Assembly (NCBI GenBank): GCA_963790475.1
Contig: CAWBOS010000012.1
Location: forward strand, 736,001-800,000
From: an uncultured delta proteobacterium
Lineage (GTDB): Bacteria > Desulfobacterota > RBG-13-43-22
Length of the DNA stretch: 64,000 nucleotides
Direction: 5' to 3'
The notes under the pieces were generated by a model, which saw nothing but the letters and a program-made list of their open reading frames with translations, made no database searches and was not told where the DNA came from. Shown piece by piece: positions 40,623-51,399 of the stretch. Position 1 is the stretch's first letter. Each line of letters begins with the position of its first letter. Position numbers and translations under genes: made by a program.

Positions 40623-41498
40623 ATGAAAAAAATCGCTCTATTTTTCTCTTTTTTCCTTTTCTTCCTTCCCTCAATAGTCCAGGCCCTGGCGGTACCGGCG
40701 CTTCAGGGTCATGTCAACGATTATGCCGGGATGATTTCCCAGACGCTCCGAGATCGCCTGGAAGGAGAACTAAAGGCTTTCGAACAATCCGATTCCACTC
40801 AATTGGTTCTTCTTACCGTTCCCAGTCTGGAAGGGGAACCGATAGAATCCTTCAGTATCAAAGTCGGGGAAACCTGGAAGATTGGGCAAAAAAACAAGGA
40901 CAACGGGATCATTGTGGTCGTGGCCAAGCAGGAACGGAAGATAAGGATCGAGGTCGGCCGCGGCTTGGAAGGCCGTTTGACGGACTTACTGGCCGGGAGG
41001 ATAGTGGACTTGGTTATTACCCCCAGGTTCAAAAGAGGGGATTTTGACGGCGGATTCCAGGCCGGGATTTCCGCCTTAATTGATGCCACCCGAGGTGAAT
41101 TCAAGGCCGATGAAGGACAAGGGGCAAGAAGAGGTAAAAGGGCCCCGTCTTTCTTTACTCTTCTTATTATCGGATTTGTTGCCCTGTTATTTATTGGAAG
41201 CCTTTCCCGTATTATTGGTGGTATTGCCGGGGCCGTAGGTTTGCCGGCCTTGATTCATCTGGGTCTTTTCCCCTTAGGAATTGTAGGATTGATCCTTGCC
41301 GCCCTGGCCGGTTTGGGAATAGGCCTGTTTCTTCCCTCCCTTTTTTCCGGTACGGGGGTGGGAAGGGGAGGTGGCTTTTGGACCGGAGGCGGATTTTTCC
41401 CTCCCGGCGGTGGTGGCTGGGGCGGCGGGGACTCGGGAGGAGGTTTCGGCGGTGGAGGAGGGGACTTCGGCGGCGGTGGCGCGTCGGGGGACTGGTAA
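40623..41498 (+). CDS. TPM-domain (YgcG-like) membrane protein with Gly-rich tail
   Basis: VNDYAG, WKIGQKNKDNG, RIEVGRGLEG and FGGGGASGDW motifs. Confidence 0.9.
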   Translation: MKKIALFFSFFLFFLPSIVQALAVPALQGHVNDYAGMISQTLRDRLEGELKAFEQSDSTQLVLLTVPSLEGEPIESFSIKVGETWKIGQKNKDNGIIVVVAKQERKIRIEVGRGLEGRLTDLLAGRIVDLVITPRFKRGDFDGGFQAGISALIDATRGEFKADEGQGARRGKRAPSFFTLLIIGFVALLFIGSLSRIIGGIAGAVGLPALIHLGLFPLGIVGLILAALAGLGIGLFLPSLFSGTGVGRGGGFWTGGGFFPPGGGGWGGGDSGGGFGGGGGDFGGGGASGDW

Positions 41499-41566
41499 AA
41501 TCAATTGCGGATTTCGGATTGCGGCATTTAGATACCGGTATCCGTATAGCCTTTTTAAATAAAGGG

Positions 41567-41759
41567 TTTCACCGCAGAGCCGCAGAGGACGCAAAGAAGA
41601 TAATTTGTGTTTGCCGGTGAGAGGCCGGCAAACACAAAACTTCGCTACCCTGCGGGTAATTATTTGGGCGGAGGCCAGAGTTGGTTTGCTCAATCCCGCC
41701 TCTCACGGGATTGAGCAAAAAAAAATTCTCTCTGCGCTCTCTGCGACTCCGCGGTGAAA
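41567..41759. repeat. Nested-palindrome intergenic element (MITE-like)
   Basis: Outer TTTCACCGC..GCGGTGAAA encloses hairpins TTTGTGTTTGCCGG/CCGGCAAACACAAA and TTGCTCAATCCC/GGGATTGAGCAA. Confidence 0.7.
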
Positions 41760-41815
41760 AACATTTTCTCTTAAAACCAACTTGATGCGGAAAAATAATT
41801 TAATCGGTTGAAACT

Positions 41816-42445
41816 ATGAAAGCAGCCATATTTTTCACCTCAGAAGAAAAGGAACGGATCAAGACCACAACTCATTCGGTGGAATCCCGAACCGATGGAG
41901 AGGTCGCGGTCATGGTGGTGGACCAAAGCGATCGGTACCCGGATGCCGAAATCCTGGGGGGAATCATTTTTGGAGGCCTCCTTTCCTTGGTGGTCTCGGA
42001 TTTATTCTTTGATGACTCCCTTTTTTATTTCATTCCCTTAAGTTTTATCCTCTTTTTCCCTTTTCGATGGATCGGGGCCACGTTCCCTTGGCTGAAACTG
42101 TTATTTGTCGGACCTCACAGGAAAAAGGAAGCCGTTCGCCGAAGGGCCGTTCAGGCCTTTTATGAAAAAGGACTTTATAAAACGAGATTTCATACCGGCG
42201 TCTTGATTTTCCTTTCCTTGCTGGAACACAAAGTATGGATCCTGGCCGACGCGGGCATTTATGAAAAGATGACCCAGGAAACCTTAAATCGATTTTCCCA
42301 AGAAGTCTCCTTGGGGGTCAAAGAGGGCCGGGCTTGTGAGTCCTTGTGCCAAGCCATAGAAGGAATAGGCCGATTGTTGACCGAACACTTCCCCTTCACT
42401 CCTGGATATATCGATGAATTGCCGGATGAAGTGATGACTGAATAG
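41816..42445 (+). CDS. TPM-domain membrane protein (LemA operon partner)
   Basis: ESRTDGEV, TGVLIFLSLLEHKVWILAD.GI and ELPD motifs. Confidence 0.85.
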   Translation: MKAAIFFTSEEKERIKTTTHSVESRTDGEVAVMVVDQSDRYPDAEILGGIIFGGLLSLVVSDLFFDDSLFYFIPLSFILFFPFRWIGATFPWLKLLFVGPHRKKEAVRRRAVQAFYEKGLYKTRFHTGVLIFLSLLEHKVWILADAGIYEKMTQETLNRFSQEVSLGVKEGRACESLCQAIEGIGRLLTEHFPFTPGYIDELPDEVMTE

Positions 42446-42460
42446 AACTATGGAGGACCT

Positions 42461-42877
42461 ATGGATTATCTTAAGATGACCGCTCCCTGCGGGATTGACT
42501 GTTTTAATTGTCCGATGTATCTGGCCAAAGACAATCAGGATCTGCGAACGAAGATCTCTCAGAACATGGGGATTCCTGAAGACAAGGCGGTTTGTCAGGG
42601 ATGCCGTTCCGAAAAAGGGACCATTGCCTTTCAGAACATGACGGAACCCTGCAGTGTTTATCGATGTATAGAAAATAAAGATCTTGATTTTTGCGGTGAC
42701 TGCACTGACTTCCCCTGTGATCATCTCCATCCCTATTCCGATATGGCCTCGCAAAGACCTCATAACACCAAGGTGTTCAATTTGTGTCTGATCAAAAAAA
42801 TGGGGGTGGAATCCTGGGGAAAGACCAAAGCCAAAGAAGTAAGGGACACTTATCTTAAGGGGAAATTTAAGTTGTAA
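42461..42877 (+). CDS. Cys-rich DUF3795-like protein
   Basis: APCGIDCFNC, CQGC and FCGDCTDFPC motifs; RBS GGAGG. Confidence 0.8.
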   Translation: MDYLKMTAPCGIDCFNCPMYLAKDNQDLRTKISQNMGIPEDKAVCQGCRSEKGTIAFQNMTEPCSVYRCIENKDLDFCGDCTDFPCDHLHPYSDMASQRPHNTKVFNLCLIKKMGVESWGKTKAKEVRDTYLKGKFKL

Positions 42878-42974
42878 TCCAAACAATTGGGAATAGACCG
42901 AAAGGTCACCCCTGAACAGATAGAAAAGGTGTCCAAAAATGAAATGCTCTCGAGCTCAAAAATAATCATTTCTT

Positions 42975-43167
42975 ACATAATCCGGTGTACATCGGCGATA
43001 CCGCCAGCGATGAAACCGCAGCTAAACTGTCCGGCATGGGCTTCATCCATGCTGCCTGGGGTTTCGGTCGGCAGGTCAACGAATCAACAACCGTCCACTC
43101 GTTCAGCGAGTTGCTCGGCTATTTAAGCCCTGCGGCCACAACAGAAGCTGACTACAGGCGGCCTTAA
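42975..43167 (+). pseudogene. C-terminal fragment of a HAD-family hydrolase
   Basis: YIGDTASD..AA...GMGFIHAAWGFG is HAD motif IV; no N-terminal DxD motif. Confidence 0.6.
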
Positions 43168-44189
43168 AAAAACTCCCGCAACTCCGTACACAACAGCTCC
43201 GGCTTCCTATAATCAAGGGACTCGCCGTGGATCTTCTCAAAATAACTGACGTCGCTGGCGCCGACTGGCGGCAATAACCTCCGGGTCACCATCCTGGCGT
43301 TCACCCGGAAAGAATCATCCTCCGGATATTTACCGGAATACAATCCAAGATTGAAACTCAGGTGATTGAATTCCTGAAAGTAACCAAAGACCTTGATCAA
43401 TCCTCGGACGAAATCTCTAATATCCCGGTCCGAAAGACCGACAAGCGAGGTCTTGCTCCTAAAAATGCTCGAAATATCCGTGACCCCTAAGGGCGCATAG
43501 CTCGCCAGCCAAGTCGTCCGGCCAAGGGCACTGATATATCGATGGCCGAGACTCTTCTCCGTGTCAATCAAGTCCTCCCAATAGTTTTTTCCAAAACGCT
43601 TCTGATAGCGTCTGCACCCCTGAATCATGGCCCCCTGGTAATGGGTGGGAAATTCACCGGCCAGAATTTGCAGGTGAGGGTGGATGATACTTCCTCCGGA
43701 CATGGGGAAATAATTCCAGTTGATGGAAAAAAACCGAACGGCCGGATCCGCCTCAACCACCCGGCGCAGAAAGAGGCAGGCAGCGGAAAAAGCGTTAAAA
43801 AGGATATCTTCAGTGAAATCGTTCAGGGGCACGTAATGCTGTTTGGTGAAAACGACCACGGCACAATGCCGGTCAAAAGGGATCCGGTTTGGGAATACGC
43901 AAACCTCCCCCAATCGCAGCTTCCCCTCTTGAATAAAATCTTCGGTGAATCGGGGGGTGACCTTCTCCAGGGCCTCAGGGCAAAAGGGGCAAACCGCTTT
44001 TCCCCCTTTCTCCAGCATCTCTTCCAAAGGCCAGGGAGGAAATTTTGTTATCGGAAGATCGAGGACCCGTGCGGTCCTCTTGGTCAGTGGATCCCAACGC
44101 GTTTCTACTGTGAGAATCATCTCCTTAAAATTATCGGCAGGATTCAAAATTTTCGTCTGCTGAATCCGTTTTTTAAAGGTTATTCCCAA
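43164..44189 (-). CDS. Galactose-1-phosphate uridylyltransferase-like (GalT/HIT) protein
   Basis: RWDPLT, CPFCP, FPNRIPF and GGSIIHPHLQ motifs. TTG start at 44189 after AAAGGAG. Confidence 0.8.
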   Translation of the reverse strand: MGITFKKRIQQTKILNPADNFKEMILTVETRWDPLTKRTARVLDLPITKFPPWPLEEMLEKGGKAVCPFCPEALEKVTPRFTEDFIQEGKLRLGEVCVFPNRIPFDRHCAVVVFTKQHYVPLNDFTEDILFNAFSAACLFLRRVVEADPAVRFFSINWNYFPMSGGSIIHPHLQILAGEFPTHYQGAMIQGCRRYQKRFGKNYWEDLIDTEKSLGHRYISALGRTTWLASYAPLGVTDISSIFRSKTSLVGLSDRDIRDFVRGLIKVFGYFQEFNHLSFNLGLYSGKYPEDDSFRVNARMVTRRLLPPVGASDVSYFEKIHGESLDYRKPELLCTELREFF

Positions 44190-44227
44190 CGGCTTGTCTC
44201 CTTTCTGATGAATTCCAATTCGCAAAA

Positions 44228-44256
44228 AATTTAACAGGGTCAGCGAAGGGTGTCAA
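44228..44256 (-). promoter_or_regulatory. Sigma-70 promoter candidate
   Basis: TTGACA-N17-TAAATT with extended TG, upstream of the GalT-like gene. Confidence 0.55.
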
Positions 44257-44481
44257 GGGCGAAGAAAACGCCAGCAGATGAAGAAAAAATGCAGATATCG
44301 GGATGCCTCCGGCAACGACATTATGCCCAAAGGCGAATTCGTTCGGTGGGTTAAGGAAATTCAAAGGGAAAGAAACCGGTCCAAATCCCCGAAAAGAATC
44401 AGGCCGAAGACCAGGCGTTTATCAATTTGTAAAATTAACTTGAGATAGAATTCGGAAAGGAGAGGAGAGTCAAAAAAGATT

Positions 44482-45375
44482 TTAGAATGGTATTCCGGAT
44501 TCTGGATTCTGAATTCTGGTTTCAGCAAAAAGTTCCCAGGCCCTAAAAGAGCTCCGGACCAGGGGCGCCGAGGCCACCGCAACGAATCCCATCTCCCTTC
44601 CCAGGCGGTCGTATTCCTTAAATTCGTCCGGATGAATATACTGGACCACCGGATGATGCTGAGGGGAAGGCTGGAGGTATTGGCCGATGGTCAGGAGATC
44701 GCAACCGGCCTGCCTCAAGTCTTTCATGGCTTCCAAAAGCTCCTCTTGGGTCTCCCCCAGACCGACCATGAACCCCGATTTGGTGATGATCCGCGGATCA
44801 AATTCCTTTATTTTCCGGAATAGCCCTAAGGATCGTCGATAATCGGCCAGAGGTCTTACTTCGGAGTAAAGGCGATAAATTGTTTCCATATTGTGGTTGA
44901 TCACATCGGGATGGGCATCCACCACCATCTGCATTGCTTCCGGGGACCCCTGAAAATCCGGGATCAGGACCTCCACCGTGATCTCCCTAATTCTTTCTTT
45001 TAACCCGGTTACTACTTTCGCAAAATGGATTGCCCCGCCATCCGGTAAATCGTCCCTGGTCACCGAGGTAATGACCACATGCCGGAGCCCCATTTGCTTT
45101 ACCGCTTCAGCCAGATTTGCCGGCTCATCCTCGTCCACAGGAAGGGGAAACCCTTTTTTCACCGCGCAGAAGGTACAGTTCCTGGTGCAGACGTCACCCA
45201 GGATTAGGAAGGTAGCCGTTCTTTTGGAAAAGCATTCCCCCTGATTGGGACAGAGGGCGCTTTCGCAGATTGTGTGGAGATGCAGATTACCGATCAACCC
45301 TTCCATTTCAGTCATGGTTTTGAAATCGGGGATATTCTTTTTAAACCAGTGTGGAAGCCTTCCTCGCATAATCAC
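44482..45375 (-). CDS. lipA: Lipoyl synthase
   Basis: CESALCPNQGEC, CTRNCTFC, GQYLQPS and VRSSF motifs. Confidence 0.95.
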   Translation of the reverse strand: MIMRGRLPHWFKKNIPDFKTMTEMEGLIGNLHLHTICESALCPNQGECFSKRTATFLILGDVCTRNCTFCAVKKGFPLPVDEDEPANLAEAVKQMGLRHVVITSVTRDDLPDGGAIHFAKVVTGLKERIREITVEVLIPDFQGSPEAMQMVVDAHPDVINHNMETIYRLYSEVRPLADYRRSLGLFRKIKEFDPRIITKSGFMVGLGETQEELLEAMKDLRQAGCDLLTIGQYLQPSPQHHPVVQYIHPDEFKEYDRLGREMGFVAVASAPLVRSSFRAWELFAETRIQNPESGIPF

Positions 45376-46040
45376 TGCCTCAATTGATCAATGGAACCCT
45401 GCTTCATGGTCATGGAAAAGACTTGGGAAAAATGGACAATAAAGTGATTAATAACTTCCTCCATAGAAGAGGCCCTCTCTCTGAACCTGGCCATGGAAGT
45501 CACCCCCCTGCCTACAATACCGCAAGGGGTAATAATGGAAAAGGAATTGAGATCGGTATTCACGTTAAGAGCCAGACCATGCATGGTGATCCATTTGTGG
45601 ACGGCCACCCCGATGGCGCATATCTTATCTTCGCCCACCCAGACCCCAACGTGTTTCTGATCTCTTTCCCCGACAATAGAAAAGTCGGCCAGTGTTTTAA
45701 TGACCGTCTCCTGGAGCTCATCGATATACCGATGGATATCTTTACCCCGTTTTCGCAGATCGACAATCGGATAGACAACGAGCTGGCCCGGACCGTGATA
45801 GGTAATATCACCCCCCCGATCGGTAAAAAAGAGAGGAATCCCTTTATGGGCCAGTTCATCCCTCTCCACGAGGAGATTTCTCAGTTTTCCCGATTTACCC
45901 AGAGTCAGGGTCGGCGGATGTTCCAGCAGAAGCAAGGTGTCTTCCTCCTGTCCCGCCGCCTTCTCGGCCAAGATCCGTTTCTGGAGATCATAGGCCTCCC
46001 CATATTCGATCAAACCAACTTTATAGTACGCACACTTCAT
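45372..46040 (-). CDS. lipB: Lipoyl(octanoyl) transferase
   Basis: LLEHPP, RGGDITYHGPGQLV, KICAIG and PCG motifs. Confidence 0.95.
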   Translation of the reverse strand: MKCAYYKVGLIEYGEAYDLQKRILAEKAAGQEEDTLLLLEHPPTLTLGKSGKLRNLLVERDELAHKGIPLFFTDRGGDITYHGPGQLVVYPIVDLRKRGKDIHRYIDELQETVIKTLADFSIVGERDQKHVGVWVGEDKICAIGVAVHKWITMHGLALNVNTDLNSFSIITPCGIVGRGVTSMARFRERASSMEEVINHFIVHFSQVFSMTMKQGSIDQLRQ

Positions 46041-46431
46041 AATTTTTGATTTTTTTTACTCTTCTGCCCTCTGTCCCATTTTTTCCCTTATAATCCTTTT
46101 CAAAATCCTGGCCCCTGTTTTTACCGGTGAGGGTTGCCCTCAGTGAGTCTGCGCCGGTTGATTTTGAGCTTATGATGATATTAGCAAAAAAAAGCAGGAA
46201 AGGAAACGGAATGTAAAATGGGATGGCATTAATTATCAGATCAGTATGGAGTAGACAAGTTTCCCCGAAGTTTCCGACACCAGGGCATGTCTAGGATACC
46301 GCCGCAAATTTGCATCAATGGAATCTCTTAAAATTAGCGATTGGGGGTGAAATCAATAAACATTTCCTCCAGTATTCCAACAGATGGAGAGAGAACCAGG
46401 AATCCAAAGTTTTTTTTAACGAAGTCCGTTT

Positions 46432-47154
46432 TTATTTTTTTGTCGCTTTGGCCACCTCATCGATCAGAACCATGGCCTCCGGGTTTTTCACCTCCCGCCG
46501 GATGAAGATATCGGTCGGACTAGCTTGCTTGTTGTAAAAGGCGGCATTCAGGCCGTCGCGAACGACAACGACGCTCCCCTCCAGAGAAATTCCGCCGTAA
46601 AGTCCTTTGGAGCGCGAAAAACTGATCAGGTCGGCGCTGAGATTGGAGGTGGCCACTGCCGCCCCCACCCCGACCGGGCCGACGGCCACGCCCAAATCCA
46701 CCCCCAGTTTAAGGCTGTTGGATAAAAAGGAGGAAATCCCCCTATCAGTCATAACCAGAATAGCCATTTCGGAAGCCGCAGCTCCAATCTGGAGCCCAAA
46801 GCTGGCCCCGCCGACTGCATAGAAGGCCGGTCCGATCCAGGTCCCGGTCTTCGGATCATCCACCAGAAGCAGGCCATTGCCCCCCGAACCCCCAAAGATA
46901 AAGCCCGCTTTGAACAGTTCCGGGATAAGAAAGACCGCCTTGGCCCGTTTGATAAGATCTCCAAAGGCTTCCAGGTTGCGGTCGGACATGAAACTTTCCA
47001 TCATTAGCTTGGCCTTGACCACCAGTTGAGAGGCTTCCTGCTTGTCATCGGCCAGGGCCGGGGACGTCAAAAAGGTTATATTTACAAAGTTCAAAACGAT
47101 TATGGCCATAAAAAAGGCCTTTCCCAATCTCTTACACTGATTTTTCCCCTTCAT
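46432..47154 (-). CDS. SYLF/YSC84 lipid-binding domain protein, exported
   Basis: KAGFIFGGSGGNG, SFGLQIG and SRSKGLYGGISLEG motifs. Start placed at ATG 47154. Confidence 0.88.
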   Translation of the reverse strand: MKGKNQCKRLGKAFFMAIIVLNFVNITFLTSPALADDKQEASQLVVKAKLMMESFMSDRNLEAFGDLIKRAKAVFLIPELFKAGFIFGGSGGNGLLLVDDPKTGTWIGPAFYAVGGASFGLQIGAAASEMAILVMTDRGISSFLSNSLKLGVDLGVAVGPVGVGAAVATSNLSADLISFSRSKGLYGGISLEGSVVVVRDGLNAAFYNKQASPTDIFIRREVKNPEAMVLIDEVAKATKK

Positions 47155-47185
47155 GATCTCCTCCTTTTTTTTAAGCAGTCCTACC

Positions 47186-47347
47186 CTAATATCTTCTTTC
47201 CTCATGCTCATGTCGTTCTTCATGCCTTTCCCGGTCTCTATCCCCCCTATGACCTTCTCTTCCATGTTCTTCAACAGGTATAAAACATCCCCCCAGGAAT
47301 ACCGTCATGATTACCAATATCATCCCCGACATGATGATTCTTTTCAT
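47186..47347 (-). CDS. Small lipoprotein with His/Glu/Arg-rich tail
   Basis: MKR + hydrophobic stretch + LGGC lipobox, then EEHGREGHRGDRDRERHEERHEHEERRY; RBS GGAGG. Confidence 0.65.
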   Translation of the reverse strand: MKRIIMSGMILVIMTVFLGGCFIPVEEHGREGHRGDRDRERHEERHEHEERRY

Positions 47348-47631
47348 TTCTCTACCTCCCCCGCCTAAACGAGCAGTTGTCAAAAGTTTTTTCCATAATA
47401 TAAGGGAGATGTTTCTTAAAAACTATAGGGTAAAACATGTATTTTATTAAAATAAAGCCGGTATTTTAGACCAATTTTGGAATCTTCTTCTTCCCCGGTT
47501 TTTTCTCCTTGCCCCCTCCTTGGGCTTGTCTTATATTCTTCTCATTCAAAGAGAATCCTTGTCAAATTAACCATGAGGTTCGAGAACCTTTCCCTTTCTT
47601 TTTAACTAACTAAGAAGATTGAGGTTAACAG

Positions 47632-48848
47632 ATGACCACCAGAAGGATAGCTCGAATCGAAGATTACGAGCAGTATATCGGCGCCGAAGCGATGGACCGG
47701 ATTGAAAAGAAGGCCTCCAGGCATAAGGATCTTCATGTGGTCCACATTAATTCCACCTATTACGGCGGCGGAGTGGCCAGGCTTCTTGGATCGATGACCC
47801 TCCTCATGAACAACATCGGGATCAAAACCGGGTGGAGGGTTATTCAAGGGGCACCTGACTTTTTTAGCATTACCAAAAAGATGCATAACGCGCTCCAAGG
47901 AGGCCCGATCAATCTGAGTAAGCGCAAGAAGGAGATATATCGGGAGGTGATCCGGGAAAACGTCTGCCGGAATCACCTTGACAACCATAATATGGTTATC
48001 GTCCATGATCCGCAACCACTCCCTATGGTCGAGCACTATAAGAAGGTCGGCCCCTGGATCTGGCGGTGTCATGCCGATCTCAGCAAACCCAATAAAGAGC
48101 TCTGGAAATACCTCGTTCCTTTTGTAGAAAAATATGATGCGGTCATTCCCAGTCTAAAGGAGTACGAACAACACCTCAAGGTGCCCCAACTCTTTTTTCT
48201 TCCGGCCATTGATCCCTTTTCGATCCTGAATGCGGAGATGGGACCGGAGGAAGTGAGGGAACGTTTGGAGCATTACCGGATTCCCACCGATTGGCCGCTT
48301 GTGGTGCAGATTTCCCGATTCGACACCTGGAAAGATCCGAAAGGGGTCATCGAGGCTTATAAAATCGCCCGCAAAGAGGTAAACTGCACGCTGGTGCTGC
48401 TCGGGAATGTGGCTACCGATGACCCTGAAGGCGCCGAGATCTATCATTCACTCCTTGACCGGCGCGAGGAACGTATTATTATCCTAAGCCATCAGGACAC
48501 GGCTCTGGTGAATGCGTTACAAAGGACCGCTATCGTAGTGCTGCAAAAATCCATTCGGGAGGGTTTTGGTCTCACGGTAGCTGAGGCCATGTGGAAGGGA
48601 ACACCGGTAATTGGCGGCAAAGTGGGCGGAATCCGGTATCAAATCCAAGACGGAGAGAATGGGTTTCTGGTTTCTTCGATTGAAGAAGCGGCAAAAAGAA
48701 TCGTGCAGCTGGTGAAGGATAAAGGGTTAAATAAACGAATGGGTAAAAAGGCTAAGGAGAGTGTGACTAAACATTTTTTGTTAACCCGCTATCTTGAACC
48801 CTCGATCTGTTTAGCTCCTTCGAGACCATATACCGTCTCCGGAAATGA
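47632..48848 (+). CDS. treT: Trehalose synthase TreT-like GT4 glycosyltransferase (frameshift in last ~15 codons)
   Basis: NSTYYGGGVA, HDPQP, WRCH, QISRFDTWKD and EGFGLTVAEAMWK motifs. Natural tail LDLFSSFE lies in another frame. Confidence 0.85.
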
Positions 48849-50108
48849 AAAATTCTGCTAATAATTCAGTAAAGAAATCAGGATTGATTCCTAAGGGTTC
48901 TTCATCTTCTTCGTATCCGGGACCGCTTTCAGGGATTGGTGCACCAAGGCCCAAGAGCTTTCTCAATTCAGGATTGACCTCCCAGGCATAACCGGGGCTC
49001 CACTGAACCTGTCCCGTAGACAGCGTCCTGGCCAGCCGGATTAGACCGTTTTGGCTGATTTCCAGCCCAAAGGCGCGTCCCAGATTGTCCAGAATCTTCA
49101 GGGAATCCATGGCGGTGAAATAACCCATATACCCAAAGAGTGAAGTGGCATCTTCCCGGATAAGTTGCTTTCTCAAGATCGGCCCCAGTTCGGTCCAGCT
49201 TTTTATGAACTGTTCCCGAACCAGGTCGCGTTCCGGGGACTTGTGGTCTAAAGCATTCACAAAGCCGTACCGCATTTCCAGCAGCGTCTTCAGCAAGGCG
49301 TGTCTTTCCTCTCCGGTCAAGGGCCTCCCAACCAAAGAAAGCAACTCCTGGACTAAAAAAAAGTCCCAGGTTTCCCAGGTATTGATAAACCCTTCCTTTT
49401 CCGCTTCGGTCAGAAGCTCGGGAGCATTACCGGGTTCAATTCCCTGAGGAACATCCAAGTCTAACAGGATTTCCGCCTCCATGGCTTTAGGACCGACCTT
49501 TACCGGACCTGGTCTGAGGGACTTCAATCCCATTTTTAATTTTTCCTGCTGCTCCGATTTAACAAAAAAGGGGAGCAATTGGGTAACCTCATTTATCGGA
49601 GGGGTCAGATCGATCATCACCTGACCCAGAGGGGGATGTACATATTTTTCAATTAATTTCCAGATGATCTTAGCTACCGTCATCTTTTCATGTCGCTGAT
49701 TATAGAAGTTGGAATCCTGCGCTTTGAATCGCAAGCGCCAAATCTCCTGTTCCAGATAGGGCTTCAGTCGGATTTCACAACTCCTTCCCAGGCCACAGGC
49801 TGAAGACAGCGAGCACCCAGTACAAAGCCGGCTCGCACCTTGATCTTATTTATAAGCAGAATCGAAGAACTCTCCGGCCTGACCCTGGGGTCGGAAAGCT
49901 CAAGGCGAACACAGCGGTTGCTTTGATCCAGCAGAACGGCTTTCCGGCCCGGCTGGGTATAAACCTGAGTCAACAAGACCGAACGAATCAAAAGGTAACC
50001 GAGGGAAACCGGCAGAGCGATGGTTTTGGGTTCGGCCCGGGCGCTGAAACCCCATCCGATAGTCAATAAACCCAGAACCAACATCAGGGGCAGGCGTTTC
50101 ATATTCAT
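48811..50108 (-). pseudogene. Exported hypothetical protein, frameshifted (~49770) and probably 3'-truncated
   Basis: Signal-peptide ORF 49764..50108 is continued by ORF 48811..49734, which runs into the end of treT. Confidence 0.55.
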
Positions 50109-50159
50109 CTTTAATATCGGCCAAAGATCTACATCAACCTTAGAAACTTCCAGAAAGAG

Positions 50160-50483
50160 GTGGAAAGCACGGTTCCTAACGGCTGCCTAAAACTCCTGTT
50201 CAAGGATTTGCAGGTCTATGATCGACGTTCAGCCGAAGAGAAAAGCCTCTTTCATAGACTCTACCTGGGGTTGGTCAGGGGCCTCCCCAAACTCCTCGAA
50301 AACAGAGTCCGTGGAGAGGCAGCTACCGAGGCCGCTATCTCAGGACCCGTCGGGAACCCCAATATCAGCACCTGGCAGATCATTGCCAATCTGATCCGGA
50401 ATGCCTTCATCAAATCCATCCTTCCAGGATTTGATGAAGAAGTGGGCCGGTCCCAAAGCAGTCCGGCACACTCGCAACAGTAA
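50160..50483 (+). pseudogene. C-terminal fragment of a DUF748-like protein
   Basis: ISGPVGNPNISTWQII.NLIRNAFIKSILPGF tail without an N-terminal part. Confidence 0.55.
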
Positions 50484-50627
50484 CGCTTCAAAACTCGTTG
50501 CCAGGCGTTTTTCAAAGGTCTCAGGATCGCGATGCGGGCACGATCTTTTTAAGCGTTTCTCCACTCTCCTGCCCGGAGGGGCGGATCTCTTACGCCTTTT
50601 GAACTTCGATCCGGTGTGGAGGTCCGG

Positions 50628-50810
50628 CTAATCCTTGGGTGGCGGTGGTACCTTGGCCCCTTTTTTACGGGCCTCCGAGAGTCCGATGGCCACAGCCTGT
50701 CTTCTGCTGGTCACCTTTTTTCCGCTTCGGCCACTCTTCAATGTTCCTTCTTCAAACTCTTCCATAACTTCTTTGACAATCTCCTGCGCTTTCTTCCCAT
50801 ATCGGGCCAT
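50628..50810 (-). CDS. Small basic DUF6496-like protein
   Basis: GTLKSGRSGKKVTSRRQAVAIGLSEARKKG; RBS AGGAGG. Confidence 0.8.
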   Translation of the reverse strand: MARYGKKAQEIVKEVMEEFEEGTLKSGRSGKKVTSRRQAVAIGLSEARKKGAKVPPPPKD

Positions 50811-50903
50811 TTGATCCTCCTTTCCATTGCCCTATTTTAAACCTCGGGCTGCCTTAACACCATAACCAGGCTGAAGACGAAAAGCAGCCAACACCTCTCT
50901 ATT

Positions 50904-51290
50904 TTAATCCTTAGGTTCCTTAAAACGAGAGATCGCTTTTTTATAGGCGTTTTCCACTTCCTGAACCGCTGCGTTCATATCGGATTTTGCCTTTTCCCAC
51001 CCATGGGCGGTCGCACCCTTTACTTTCCCCCATTCCTTTTTAGCGTTTTTTTGTTTCTTGTGCAGTTCGGTCATCTCCTTATTAAACTCCTTTTTGACTT
51101 CTCCTTTTAACTCGGCAGCCTTTCCTTTCAGCTCATCGATCTTCTGGTCCAAGTCCTTAAGTTTTTCTTGCACCTCTTTCTTGTAGCCTTCTTTTTCTTC
51201 CTTTTGTGCGTCGCTCCAGGCACTCGAAAACCCTCCCAGAACAAAAGCGATGGTGATGATTGAGACCAAACCTAAGTTGCGGACTTTCAT
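50904..51290 (-). CDS. Exported Lys/Glu-rich coiled-coil stress-type protein
   Basis: Signal peptide plus amphipathic helices (..GWEKAKSDMNAA..); RBS AGGAGG. Confidence 0.7.
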   Translation of the reverse strand: MKVRNLGLVSIITIAFVLGGFSSAWSDAQKEEKEGYKKEVQEKLKDLDQKIDELKGKAAELKGEVKKEFNKEMTELHKKQKNAKKEWGKVKGATAHGWEKAKSDMNAAVQEVENAYKKAISRFKEPKD

Positions 51291-51399
51291 GTTGTTACCT
51301 CCTTTTTAATGGTAGTTTGAAAGGGCGGTCAAGGCCCTATTTCAACTTCGTAAAGCCGGTGTCCGTTAAGCCGACCAACTGGGACAGGTCCTCTCCACT

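Noticed and set aside
41350-41498. GGC/GGT-rich low-complexity tract
   Set aside because: It encodes the normal Gly-rich tail of TPM/YgcG proteins.
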